Assembly: GCA_041163175.1 (NCBI GenBank)
Contig: JBEARM010000009.1
Coordinates: 1 to 54,341, forward strand
Origin: Pseudomonadota bacterium
Lineage (GTDB): Bacteria; Pseudomonadota; Gammaproteobacteria; Burkholderiales; Burkholderiaceae_A
Direction: 5' to 3'
DNA length: 54,341 bases
Shown: positions 1-9,906 of the stretch, one piece after another
Layout of the letters: each line of letters begins with the position of its first letter
Numbering within the stretch: the stretch's first letter is position 1
The notes under the pieces: generated by a model
Databases searched by the model: none
Told to the model about the DNA's origin: nothing
The model's input: only the letters and a program-made list of their open reading frames with translations
Translations under genes and position numbers: made by a program

Positions 1-1298
<1,298 letters not shown>

Positions 1299-1317
1299 CT
1301 ATTGGGGTTGTGACGCT

Positions 1318-1364
1318 ATAGATTATGGCTATAAAAAAAACAAAATCTAATACGAAATATCAAT
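1318..1364. promoter_or_regulatory. OxyR-type operator overlapping the katG promoter
   Basis: ATAG-N7-CTAT (1318-1332), N17, ATAC-N7-CAAT (1350-1364) in an AT-rich patch directly upstream of katG. Confidence 0.75.
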
Positions 1365-1445
1365 GACCCTCATTGACCAGGACTTCATGGCGCACGAACG
1401 GCTGCGCGCGCACACGTCAAGGTATGCGGGTATGGTTTCAGCACG

Positions 1446-2036
1446 ATGAACATTCGGCTGCTCACAGTGGCATGGGCCCTGGCATTGGCGATCTCCTTGG
1501 CTCTCACACCGCACAACTGGCAAATCTGGGCCATGGAGATCGCGCCGGTGGTGCTGGCCTGGCCCGTGCTCTGGGCCACGGCCAAACGGTTCCCACTCAC
1601 GCCGCTGCTCTACGCGCTCATTCTTGTGCACGGGCTTATTCTCATTTTGGGTGGTCATTACACCTATGCCCGAGTCCCCATCGGCATGGAGTTTGCGGAG
1701 TTCATGGGCTGGTCCCGCAATCCGTACGACAAGCTGGGGCATTTTTTCCAGGGGCTGGTGCCAGCGTTGCTGGCCCGGGAGGTGCTGCTGCGCCGCCGCG
1801 ACATGGTTCGCGGGGGCATGCTGTTTTTTGTGTGTGTCTGTGTGGCACTGGCCGTGAGTGCGGTGTATGAGCTGCTCGAATGGTGGGTTGCCGTAGGCTG
1901 GGGCGATGGTGCGATCGATTTTCTTGGCGTACAGGGCGATGTCTGGGACGCCCAGTCCGACATGCTCATGGCCTGGGTGGGCGCAACCATTGGGCTCCTG
2001 GTCTTCTCAGGGCTGCAGGACCGTCAGCTCCGATGA
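1446..2036 (+). CDS. DUF2238/YjdF-family inner membrane protein
   Basis: Hydrophobic protein with GGHYTYARVP, RNPYDKLGHFFQG, YELLEWW and QGDVWDAQSDM motifs. Confidence 0.88.
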   Translation: MNIRLLTVAWALALAISLALTPHNWQIWAMEIAPVVLAWPVLWATAKRFPLTPLLYALILVHGLILILGGHYTYARVPIGMEFAEFMGWSRNPYDKLGHFFQGLVPALLAREVLLRRRDMVRGGMLFFVCVCVALAVSAVYELLEWWVAVGWGDGAIDFLGVQGDVWDAQSDMLMAWVGATIGLLVFSGLQDRQLR

Positions 2037-2092
2037 AATCGAGGAAGGCCTTATGCCTGGTCAATTGCTGGCGCACCTGAAATAATCGGACC

Positions 2093-2290
2093 ATGCGTCC
2101 CGACTCCCCTTGCATCGCAATTTGTTCCACCGCCCAGGGCGACGACCTCTGCCGAGGCTGTGGCCGCACCTTTGAGGAAGTGAGCAACTGGGTCTTCATG
2201 GACCAAGCCCAGAAAGACGAGGTCTGGCGTCGCATCGAGGCCGAGGGCACTGCACTTCGTTTCACCACATACAAAGAGCGCGCTGGCTGA
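2093..2290 (+). CDS. DUF1289 small Cys-rich protein (predicted Fe-S)
   Basis: SPCIAICS...CRGCGRTFEEVSNW motif. Confidence 0.88.
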   Translation: MRPDSPCIAICSTAQGDDLCRGCGRTFEEVSNWVFMDQAQKDEVWRRIEAEGTALRFTTYKERAG

Positions 2291-2291
2291 T

Positions 2292-2717
2292 TTGATCGCC
2301 TACAGCGGTCTATTTTTGTCGGCGCTCCTGGCAGCCACCGTGCTGCCTGCCCAGTCTGAGGCGGTCCTGGCCGCGCTGGTCTTGGCCGGTGAGCAGCCCA
2401 TCTGGGCCCTGGTGCTTGTGGCCTCCGTGGGCAATGTATTGGGGTCTGTGATCAACTGGCTCTTGGGCCGCGGGCTTGTTACTTTTCGCAACAAGCCATG
2501 GTTTCCGGCCTCAGCCGGGGCACTTGCTCGGGCAGAGGCGCACTACAAACGTTACGGACGCTGGTCGCTGCTGCTGAGTTGGGTCCCCATCATTGGGGAC
2601 CCCATCACGGTGGTGGCTGGTGTGCTCAGGGAGTCGATCTGGGTCTTTCTTGCACTGGTCACCGTGGCCAAGTTAGGGCGATATGTCGTGCTGGTCGCCC
2701 TCATACAGGGGGCTTAG
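2292..2717 (+). CDS. YqaA/DedA-family membrane protein
   Basis: LFLSALLAATVLPAQSE, GNVLGS..NWLLGR, LLLSWVPIIGDP; TTG start right after the previous stop. Confidence 0.9.
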   Translation: MIAYSGLFLSALLAATVLPAQSEAVLAALVLAGEQPIWALVLVASVGNVLGSVINWLLGRGLVTFRNKPWFPASAGALARAEAHYKRYGRWSLLLSWVPIIGDPITVVAGVLRESIWVFLALVTVAKLGRYVVLVALIQGA

Positions 2718-3256
2718 TGCCCTGAGTGCTTCTTGCCATGCCCATGGCCGTGATGCTGGTCATGGTCTTTGGCATTCTTGAGGGCGTGCACCTCGACCTT
2801 GACGGTCACTTCACCGGCCTGCTTGAAGCGCAAGACCACATCAAAGGTCTCGCCGGTGGTCAGGGGCTTATCAAGGCCCATCAGCATCAAGTGATAGCCC
2901 TTGGGGTTGCCGCGCATGAGGGGCACCTCTGTCTTGGCTGGCAGCGGAATGCCGGGGATCTCGCGCATCGTCATCATGTTGTTGTTCATGGACATCTCGT
3001 GAACTTCCATGCGCTTGGCCCGTTTGGTGGTGGCCGAGACCAGCATGTCGTCTTGACTGCCTTTGTTCTCGATGGCGTGGAAATAAATCGACCCATTGGG
3101 CTGTCCGTCGCGGGTCGGGGCTGCATGAGGGTGCTCGATCTCGATGTTCCCCACCTTGAATTCATGGGCCCAGGCAGGCTGGCCCATGACCATCAGGGAG
3201 GAGAGAAACAAAGCCAACAGGGCTGTCAGGGCCGACTTCTTCTTGATGAAAACCAT
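2714..3256 (-). CDS. Periplasmic copper chaperone PCu(A)C with His-rich tail
   Basis: Signal peptide ending PAWA-HEF; H-x10-M...HLM Cu motif; C-terminus HDQHHGHGHGKKHSGH; GAGG RBS before ATG 3256. Confidence 0.9.
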   Translation of the reverse strand: MVFIKKKSALTALLALFLSSLMVMGQPAWAHEFKVGNIEIEHPHAAPTRDGQPNGSIYFHAIENKGSQDDMLVSATTKRAKRMEVHEMSMNNNMMTMREIPGIPLPAKTEVPLMRGNPKGYHLMLMGLDKPLTTGETFDVVLRFKQAGEVTVKVEVHALKNAKDHDQHHGHGHGKKHSGH

Positions 3257-3288
3257 TTGAAATTTCCTCTGTCTTAGAAACCGTGGAG

Positions 3289-3298
3289 ATTGTAGACT
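3289..3298. promoter_or_regulatory. Overlapping divergent -10 elements
   Basis: ATTGTAGACT gives TACAAT on the minus strand (towards PCuAC) and TAGACT on the plus strand, 7 nt before ATG 3306. Confidence 0.55.
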
Positions 3299-3305
3299 CA
3301 CGCAC

Positions 3306-3515
3306 ATGAAGGAATGGCTACTCATCGTCTGGTTTGGCACCACCACCAACCTTCAGGTGCTCGATCGCTACCCAACGGAGCGTTCCTGCAAGGAGGCCAT
3401 GGTCGCAGCCCGCGAGAACATCGATTCGAAGTTCAATCTCGAATGCACCTCCGACCTGCGTGAGGGTCGCTCCGCGTTGCCACCCAGGAGCATGGGCCAA
3501 GGCATCGCCAAGTAA
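3306..3515 (+). CDS. Small hypothetical protein (69 aa, hydrophobic N-terminus, two Cys)
   Basis: Fills the gap between PCuAC and cytochrome b; -10-like hexamer 7 nt upstream; stop 13 bp before the next ATG. Confidence 0.65.
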   Translation: MKEWLLIVWFGTTTNLQVLDRYPTERSCKEAMVAARENIDSKFNLECTSDLREGRSALPPRSMGQGIAK

Positions 3516-3528
3516 CCCCCGGGCTGAC

Positions 3529-4185
3529 ATGCGAATTCGCGCCTGGGATCTCCCTCTCCGTGCGTTTCATTGGGCATTGGCGGCGTCGGTACTGGGCAGT
3601 GTGCTGAGCGTGAAGCTCGGTGAGATGGAGATCCATGGATGGCTTGGGCTTCTTGCGCTCTCGCTTCTGATCTTCAGAGTGTTTTGGGGGCTCTGGGGCT
3701 CTGAGACCGCCCGGTTCCGATCCTTCCTGGTGACGCCATCCACCACCCTTCGCTATCTGCGTTCTCCGTGGCCGGCCCTGGGGCATAACCCCTTGGGGTC
3801 TTGGTCGGTACTCGCCTTGCTCGGGCTGTTCTCGCTGCAGGCTGTCACAGGCCTTGGCACTTCCGACGATATTTTTTTCGATGGGCCATTGGTGGCCCAC
3901 CTATCAGATGAGTGGGTGGGCCGCCTTGGATGGACCCATACCGCTACCGAGCCACTGCTCTACGGCCTTGTGGCCCTTCATGTGCTGGCCATCGTGGCCT
4001 ACCGCGTGCTGAAAAAAGAGGCGCTGCTGCCGCCGATGATTCATGGCGACAAGGAGTCCCTGACTGGCGAGTTCGCGACTGCCAGTGCGGCTCGAGATGA
4101 CGCAGGCCTTCGCTGGCGAGGTCTCCTGACCTACCTGGTGGCCCTCGCCGCGGTGCTGATGGCAAACACTTATTTGTCTTTGTAG
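3529..4185 (+). CDS. Cytochrome b (Ni-hydrogenase cytochrome b/b561-like)
   Basis: WDLPLRAFHW, RVFWGLWGS..ARF, GHNPLG, heme-ligand His residues; ATG 3529. Confidence 0.9.
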   Translation: MRIRAWDLPLRAFHWALAASVLGSVLSVKLGEMEIHGWLGLLALSLLIFRVFWGLWGSETARFRSFLVTPSTTLRYLRSPWPALGHNPLGSWSVLALLGLFSLQAVTGLGTSDDIFFDGPLVAHLSDEWVGRLGWTHTATEPLLYGLVALHVLAIVAYRVLKKEALLPPMIHGDKESLTGEFATASAARDDAGLRWRGLLTYLVALAAVLMANTYLSL

Positions 4186-4619
4186 GCGTCGTGACAGGCC
4201 TTGCAGGTCTTTTGAGTCGCTGCAAAGGCTTTTTTTACATTCTCAAGCTGGCCAGAGGCCGTGGCAGTCCTGAGGTCGGCAGCGGCCTTTTGGAGGTCTT
4301 GTGCGCCAGCCTTCACCTTGTCCATTTCCTTCCAAATGACGGGCTTGGCCTTTCCGCCCTCGGTGCCTGGGCCAAAGCCTGCCCAAGGCAGCGTAGACAG
4401 CATCAGCACGACATCGGCGTTGGCCTGGGCTGCCTTGGCATCGAAGGCCTTGTCGCCTTTGACCATGGCGCCAATGTCTGAGAAGTGTGTGGCCATGACC
4501 GAGAAGCTGCTCTGGCGGTACTTGATGGCGTCCTCAGCCTTCTTGAAAGTCACGGCGTTTGCCACGAGCGGTGCCGCAAAGAGTCCGGCCATGGCAAGCG
4601 AAAGGGTGATGTTTTTCAT
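4170..4619 (-). CDS. Cytochrome c' (class II cytochrome c)
   Basis: Signal peptide, AIKYRQ motif, C-terminal CKACH; AAGGA RBS before ATG 4619. Confidence 0.93.
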   Translation of the reverse strand: MKNITLSLAMAGLFAAPLVANAVTFKKAEDAIKYRQSSFSVMATHFSDIGAMVKGDKAFDAKAAQANADVVLMLSTLPWAGFGPGTEGGKAKPVIWKEMDKVKAGAQDLQKAAADLRTATASGQLENVKKAFAATQKTCKACHDAYKDK

Positions 4620-4695
4620 CGTTTGTCCTTTTGTGGGTGGTGGAACCTTGAGTGTAGCGAGTGCGCATGACAGAAGTTGTCTATAGTTTGAGGCC

Positions 4696-5511
4696 ATGTC
4701 TGCTTACGCATTGGACGGGCGCCGTCGGGTCCTCAAAGCTGGTTGGTCGGCCGGGCTTCTCATGGCGGCACCTGCGGCCTTGGCCCAGTCCTCAGGAGAG
4801 GAGGCGCCGATCATTGCAGCCGCCTCCGACCTCAAGTTCGTTCTAGAGACTCTGGCGGATGCCTTTGCTCAGCAAACCGGCCAGGCGCTGCGTCTCGTCT
4901 TTGGTGCATCGGGCCTGCTCACCACCCAACTGAGACAAGGGGCCCCGTTCGAGCTCTTCATGTCAGCCGATGAGGCATACATTCGGGGCCTTGCCGCCCA
5001 GGGCCTGGTGCGCGATATCGGCGCGGTCTACGCCGTGGGCCACCTCGCGCTCGCGGTTCCGCGGTCATCGCGCATTCAACTCGATTCCAATTTGAATGGT
5101 CTTCGTGCTGCTGTCTCGGCGGGCCTCATTCGGCGCTTTGCCATGGCCAACCCCGACCATGCGCCTTACGGCCGCCGTGCGCGTGAGGTGCTCGAGCACC
5201 TGCGCCTGTGGGTGCCGCTCAAGGGGCGGCTGGTATTGGGTGAGAACGTTGCACAGGCGGCCCAGTTTGCGTTGTCGGGCTCGACCGATGGTGGGCTTAT
5301 TGCAGAGTCTCATGCCCGGGTGCCGGGCTTTGCAGCCCGTGGTCGGTCTGTGGTGGTGTCTGGGGCGTTCCACTCGCCATTGATCCAGCGCATGGCGCTC
5401 ACCCCTCGCGCGGGCCGAACAACTGAGCGCTTCTTCCAGTATCTGCAGACGGCACAGGCGCGAGAGGTCTTCTCGCGGTTTGGATTTGGATCGCCCGAGG
5501 GACTCGGCTGA
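4696..5511 (+). CDS. modA: Molybdate ABC transporter substrate-binding protein
   Basis: AAASDL, FGASG, GAPFELFMSAD, ANPDHAPYGR, GENVAQA motifs. Confidence 0.93.
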   Translation: MSAYALDGRRRVLKAGWSAGLLMAAPAALAQSSGEEAPIIAAASDLKFVLETLADAFAQQTGQALRLVFGASGLLTTQLRQGAPFELFMSADEAYIRGLAAQGLVRDIGAVYAVGHLALAVPRSSRIQLDSNLNGLRAAVSAGLIRRFAMANPDHAPYGRRAREVLEHLRLWVPLKGRLVLGENVAQAAQFALSGSTDGGLIAESHARVPGFAARGRSVVVSGAFHSPLIQRMALTPRAGRTTERFFQYLQTAQAREVFSRFGFGSPEGLG

Positions 5512-6200
5512 TGGACATGCAGGCGCTCTGGTTGTCGATCGAGTTGGCTGCGGCTACAGTCGCAGTGCTCATACCACTGGCCATTGGCCTGGGGAGGCTC
5601 TTGGCCTATCGAGACTTTGCAGGCAAGGTCTGGCTCGAGGCTGCACTGAACCTTCCATTGGTACTGCCCCCCACGGTCATTGGCTATTACCTGCTGGTGG
5701 GGCTTAGCGGCCAGTCACCGCTGGGTGCCTGGTATGAGAGAACCTTTGAATCTGGCCTGGTTTTTCACTTCAGCGGCCTGCTCATCGCCTCGGTTTTGGT
5801 GAATATTCCGTTTGCGGTTCAGCCCATTCAACGGGCCTTCGAGGCCATTGATCCAGAGTGTCGAGATGCAGCCGACTGCTGTGGCCTGCGGTTCTTCCAG
5901 AAGCTTTGGCTTGTGGAGTTGCCGCTGGCCTGGCCAGGCATGCTCATGGCGGTGGTGCTGGTCTTCGCCCACACCCTCGGTGAGTTCGGGGTCATTCTCA
6001 TGGTGGGTGGCAGCATCCCGGGGGAGACCAAGACCCTCTCGATCGCCATCTACGATCAGGTGCAGGCATTTGAGTTTGAGGCGGCAGGCCATATGGCCCT
6101 CATGCTCCTGCTCATCTCGCTGGTCTGCCTTGGGCTCTTGGGCCAACTCGGCCGCTGGAGCCGACTTGGAAGGCTGCTTCCCGGTGGCGGCCGTGGCTGA
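5511..6200 (+). CDS. modB: Molybdate ABC transporter permease
   Basis: LPLVLPPTVIGYYLL, FAHTLGEFGV, GGSIPGETKT. Confidence 0.94.
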   Translation: MDMQALWLSIELAAATVAVLIPLAIGLGRLLAYRDFAGKVWLEAALNLPLVLPPTVIGYYLLVGLSGQSPLGAWYERTFESGLVFHFSGLLIASVLVNIPFAVQPIQRAFEAIDPECRDAADCCGLRFFQKLWLVELPLAWPGMLMAVVLVFAHTLGEFGVILMVGGSIPGETKTLSIAIYDQVQAFEFEAAGHMALMLLLISLVCLGLLGQLGRWSRLGRLLPGGGRG

Positions 6201-7284
6201 CCTCGCGCTCGACATTAAGGCCACCCGACCCGTTTCCATCCGCGCGGCGTTCTCTTGTCCTGCAGGAGGCATTCATGCGGTGGTGGGGCCCTCGGGCTGT
6301 GGCAAGTCCACCCTGCTGAGGCTCTTGGCGGGTCTGCTGCGGCCGCAGGCTGGTCGGATGTGTCTGGGTGATCGTGTCTGGTTCGACGCCAGTCGGTCCA
6401 TTCACTTGCCACCGCAGGTTCGACGCATTGGTTATGTGTCCCAGTTCCACGGCCTCTTTCCGCACCTCACGGCCCTGGGTAATGTCATGGCGGGGCTCAT
6501 GGATGTGCCTGCCGAGCGTCGGGCCCATCAGGCGCTGCAGTGGCTCGAGCGCGTGGGCCTCACCGGACTTGACGCCAGGCGACCGTCAGCGCTTTCGGGA
6601 GGCCAGCGACAGCGGGTCGCCTTGGCCCGCGCGCTGGCCCGATCACCAGGCGCTTTGCTGCTCGATGAGCCTTTTGCCTCGGTGGATCGTGTGACCCGCG
6701 AATCGCTTTATGCAGAGCTTGTCGAACTTCGCGAGCGGCTGCAGATCCCAATTGTGCTGGTCACCCATGATCTTCAGGAGGCCACCATGTTGTCCCAGCA
6801 GATGAGCCTCATGGCCGACGGTGAGATTCTGCAGACAGGTGAGCCGCAGGAGCTCCTGGCGAGACCATCCGATGAGCGGGCTGCAGCCATGCTCGGCCAG
6901 CAGAATATCTTTGATGGGGTCTGGCGAGCCGGCCGACTCTGTGTGGGAATCCATGCCCTGGAGGTGGACAGGCCGCCGTCCCTTGGGGGGGCCATGGATG
7001 TCCCTGTGCGCTGGATGATTCCGTCCAATGGCGTGCGCCTTCGTGCGATGTTCAAGCAGGCCCTGCCCGAGGCGCCAAACCGCATCGGGCTTCGGGTGGC
7101 GAGCATGGTTCCACTGGGCCAGGAGGTGCTGCTCACAGGCCTGGTGGAGGGCCTCTCCGCACCCCTGCGGCTGAGGCTCACCGCCCGACTCTGTGAAGAG
7201 TTGTGCCTGGAGCCCGGGCGTCAAACCGAGGTGCTGCTGCGTTCTGAGGACATCCACATCTTTGAGGGCATACTAAATAAATGA
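6193..7284 (+). CDS. modC: Molybdate ABC transporter ATP-binding protein
   Basis: Walker [25 protein letters not shown]-terminal TOBE-like domain; GTG 6193 overlaps the modB stop. Confidence 0.88.
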   Translation: MADLALDIKATRPVSIRAAFSCPAGGIHAVVGPSGCGKSTLLRLLAGLLRPQAGRMCLGDRVWFDASRSIHLPPQVRRIGYVSQFHGLFPHLTALGNVMAGLMDVPAERRAHQALQWLERVGLTGLDARRPSALSGGQRQRVALARALARSPGALLLDEPFASVDRVTRESLYAELVELRERLQIPIVLVTHDLQEATMLSQQMSLMADGEILQTGEPQELLARPSDERAAAMLGQQNIFDGVWRAGRLCVGIHALEVDRPPSLGGAMDVPVRWMIPSNGVRLRAMFKQALPEAPNRIGLRVASMVPLGQEVLLTGLVEGLSAPLRLRLTARLCEELCLEPGRQTEVLLRSEDIHIFEGILNK

Positions 7285-7808
7285 ATCGACCAAACGACCG
7301 CCGCCCCAAGCCGGCTGCCCAAAAGACCAGTACCGACCTCTGCGACGCCCATGAGGGCCTTCTCGACTCAGGCGCCCTGCGCGTCCTGCCACCGGTCTTT
7401 CAAAACTACGGTGGCGCCGAGCAGATGGCCGGCCGCGTGGTCACCCTCAAGTGCTTTGAAGACAACAGTCTGGTTCGGGCCGCCCTGGAAACGCCCGGTG
7501 AGGGCCGCGTGCTCATGATCGACGGTGGGGGAAGCGACCGCTGCGCCCTCGTCGGGGGCAACCTGGCGCTCACGGCCGAGCGGAATCGTTGGGCGGGCAT
7601 CGTTGTGAATGGCTGTGTGAGAGACGTTGGCGAACTCATCGACGCGGGTGTCGGGGTTTGGGCGATTGCCACGCACCCGCGCAAGAGTCTTAAGCAGGAT
7701 CAGGGTCTGCGAGATGTCGTCATCGACATGGCCGGCGTGCTGGTGCGGCCCGGGGAGTGGTGTTTTGCAGATCCCGACGGCATTTTGATCTGCGACAAGC
7801 CACTCTGA
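7281..7808 (+). CDS. rraA: RraA-family protein (RNase E inhibitor / HMG aldolase)
   Basis: [44 protein letters not shown]. Confidence 0.92.
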   Translation: MNRPNDRRPKPAAQKTSTDLCDAHEGLLDSGALRVLPPVFQNYGGAEQMAGRVVTLKCFEDNSLVRAALETPGEGRVLMIDGGGSDRCALVGGNLALTAERNRWAGIVVNGCVRDVGELIDAGVGVWAIATHPRKSLKQDQGLRDVVIDMAGVLVRPGEWCFADPDGILICDKPL

Positions 7809-7904
7809 ATTGGCTTGTCAAGTCGCGGGAAGCCGCATGGTCATTTTTTGATCACACCAGCGCAAGCCCAATGAATTGCAACGAAAGTGTCATTGCACTG
7901 ACCC

Positions 7905-7927
7905 TTTTCCACACCCCCTGGGGATAA
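7905..7927. promoter_or_regulatory. Inverted pair of DnaA boxes upstream of parE
   Basis: TTTTCCACA (fits TTWTNCACA), CCCCC, TGGGGATAA (reverse complement TTATCCCCA, 1 mismatch). Confidence 0.6.
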
Positions 7928-7941
7928 CTTTTTTTTTAAAC

Positions 7942-9906
7942 ATGGCAACAGGCAAACAGCAGTACGACGAATCATCCATACGGGTTCTCAAAGGGCTCGA
8001 GCCCGTGCGGCAGCGGCCGGGCATGTACACCCGAACCGAGAACCCATTGCACATCGTGCAAGAGGTCATCGACAACGCTGCAGATGAGGCCCTGGCCGGG
8101 CATGCGCGCACCATTTTGGTGACCCAACACCTCGACAACAGCATCAGCGTGGCCGACGACGGCCGAGGCATTCCGGTGGGGCCCCACCCGGAGGAAAAAA
8201 TTCCTGTCGTGGAGATTGTTTACACCCGGCTGCATGCGGGCGGAAAGTTCGACAAGGGGGCAGGCGGTGCCTACGCCTTCTCTGGAGGACTGCACGGTGT
8301 AGGCGTCTCAGTGACCAATGCACTCTCCACCCGTCTGCAGGTCTCGGTCTGGCGTGATGATGCCCAGTGGGAGATCGAGTTTCAGGGCGGTGAGCGGGTC
8401 TCTCCGCTTCGCAAGGTGGGTCCGGCCAAGGGAGCCACAGGGACGCGGGTCCAAGTCTGGCCCGATCCCAAGTACTTCGACGACCGCAACATCCCGCTGG
8501 CAGAACTCGCTCGCAGCCTCAAGGCCCGGGCGGTTCTGCTGCCGGGGGTGACCACGGTGCTGGTTCAAGAGAAGTCTGGGCAGCGCCAAGAGTGGCGTTA
8601 CGACGGGGGTCTGGGTGCTTACCTCATGGAATCGCTCGAGGCCCAAGACCTTGTGGTGCCCTTGTGGGCCCAGGAGGGCCATGTTGGTCCTGGCGATGAC
8701 ACCTTCGCTGAGGGCGAGGGGGGCCAGTGGGTCTTGGCCTACACGGCTGAGGGGCCAGTGGTTCGAGAGTCGTTTGTGAACCTGATTCCCACATCGGCTG
8801 GCGGCACCCACGAGGCTGGGCTACGAGAGGGCTTGTTTCAGGCGGTCAAGGGCTTTGTTGAGCAGCACGGTCTGCTGCCCAAGGGCGTGAAGTTACTCCC
8901 AGAAGATGTCTTCTCTCGGGCCAGCTTTGTGCTGTCTGCCAAGGTGCTAGACCCCCAGTTCCAGGGCCAGACGAAGGAGAAGCTCACCAGTCGAGACGCA
9001 CTGCGATTGATCGCCTCGCAGGTGCGCGGCCCCCTGGAGATTTGGCTTCACCGAGATGTCGAGTCGGGCAAGAAGATTGCAGACCTGGCCATTCGAGCGG
9101 CCCAATCGCGACAGCGCTCAGCCCAGAAGGTGGAGAAGCGAAAGAGCTCGGGTGTGGCGGTGCTGCCGGGCAAGCTCACCGACTGCGAGTCCACCGATCT
9201 TGCTCGTAACGAGATCTTCCTGGTCGAGGGAGATTCGGCGGGTGGCTCGGCCAAAATGGGCCGAGACAAAGAGTCTCAGGCCATCTTGCCGCTGCGAGGA
9301 AAGGTGCTCAACACCTGGGAGGCTGAACGCGACAGGCTCTTTGCAAATGCCGAGGTGCATGACATTGCCGTGGCACTGGGCGTTGACCCACATGGGCCCC
9401 ATGACACTGTTGACTTCACCGGCCTGCGGTATGGCAAGGTCTGCATCCTGTCCGACGCCGACGTCGATGGCTCGCACATTCAGGTGCTGCTGCTGACCCT
9501 CTTCTTCCGGCACTTTCCGCAGCTCATCGAACGTGGACATGTCTTCGTGGCCCGCCCACCGCTTTTCCGCGTAGACGTCGAGGCGCGGGCGAAGAAGCCC
9601 GCCCGTAAGATTTATGCCCTGGATGAAGGGGAGCTCACCCATGTGCTCGACAAGCTTCGCCAGGAGGGACTCAAGGAAACAGCCTGGGGAATCTCTCGAT
9701 TCAAGGGCCTGGGCGAGATGAGTGCCGAGCAACTCTGGGAGACCACGCTGAATCCGGACACACGTCGCCTCATGCCTGTCGCCCTTGGGCTCCATGGGGT
9801 AGACGACACCATGGCCCGGTTCAATCTTTTGATGGGGCGAGGTGAGGCATCTGCACGCCGAGCCTGGCTTGAAGAAAAGGGACATGAAGTGGAGGTGGAC
9901 ATCTGA
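7942..9906 (+). CDS. parE: DNA topoisomerase IV subunit B
   Basis: [45 protein letters not shown]; lacks the GyrB insertion. Confidence 0.96.
   Translation: MATGKQQYDESSIRVLKGLEPVRQRPGMYTRTENPLHIVQEVIDNAADEALAGHARTILVTQHLDNSISVADDGRGIPVGPHPEEKIPVVEIVYTRLHAGGKFDKGAGGAYAFSGGLHGVGVSVTNALSTRLQVSVWRDDAQWEIEFQGGERVSPLRKVGPAKGATGTRVQVWPDPKYFDDRNIPLAELARSLKARAVLLPGVTTVLVQEKSGQRQEWRYDGGLGAYLMESLEAQDLVVPLWAQEGHVGPGDDTFAEGEGGQWVLAYTAEGPVVRESFVNLIPTSAGGTHEAGLREGLFQAVKGFVEQHGLLPKGVKLLPEDVFSRASFVLSAKVLDPQFQGQTKEKLTSRDALRLIASQVRGPLEIWLHRDVESGKKIADLAIRAAQSRQRSAQKVEKRKSSGVAVLPGKLTDCESTDLARNEIFLVEGDSAGGSAKMGRDKESQAILPLRGKVLNTWEAERDRLFANAEVHDIAVALGVDPHGPHDTVDFTGLRYGKVCILSDADVDGSHIQVLLLTLFFRHFPQLIERGHVFVARPPLFRVDVEARAKKPARKIYALDEGELTHVLDKLRQEGLKETAWGISRFKGLGEMSAEQLWETTLNPDTRRLMPVALGLHGVDDTMARFNLLMGRGEASARRAWLEEKGHEVEVDI

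Noticed and set aside
4620-4695. ModE or FNR box upstream of modA / cytochrome c'
   Set aside because: No TATAT-N7-TAYAT or TTGAT-N4-ATCAA match found.
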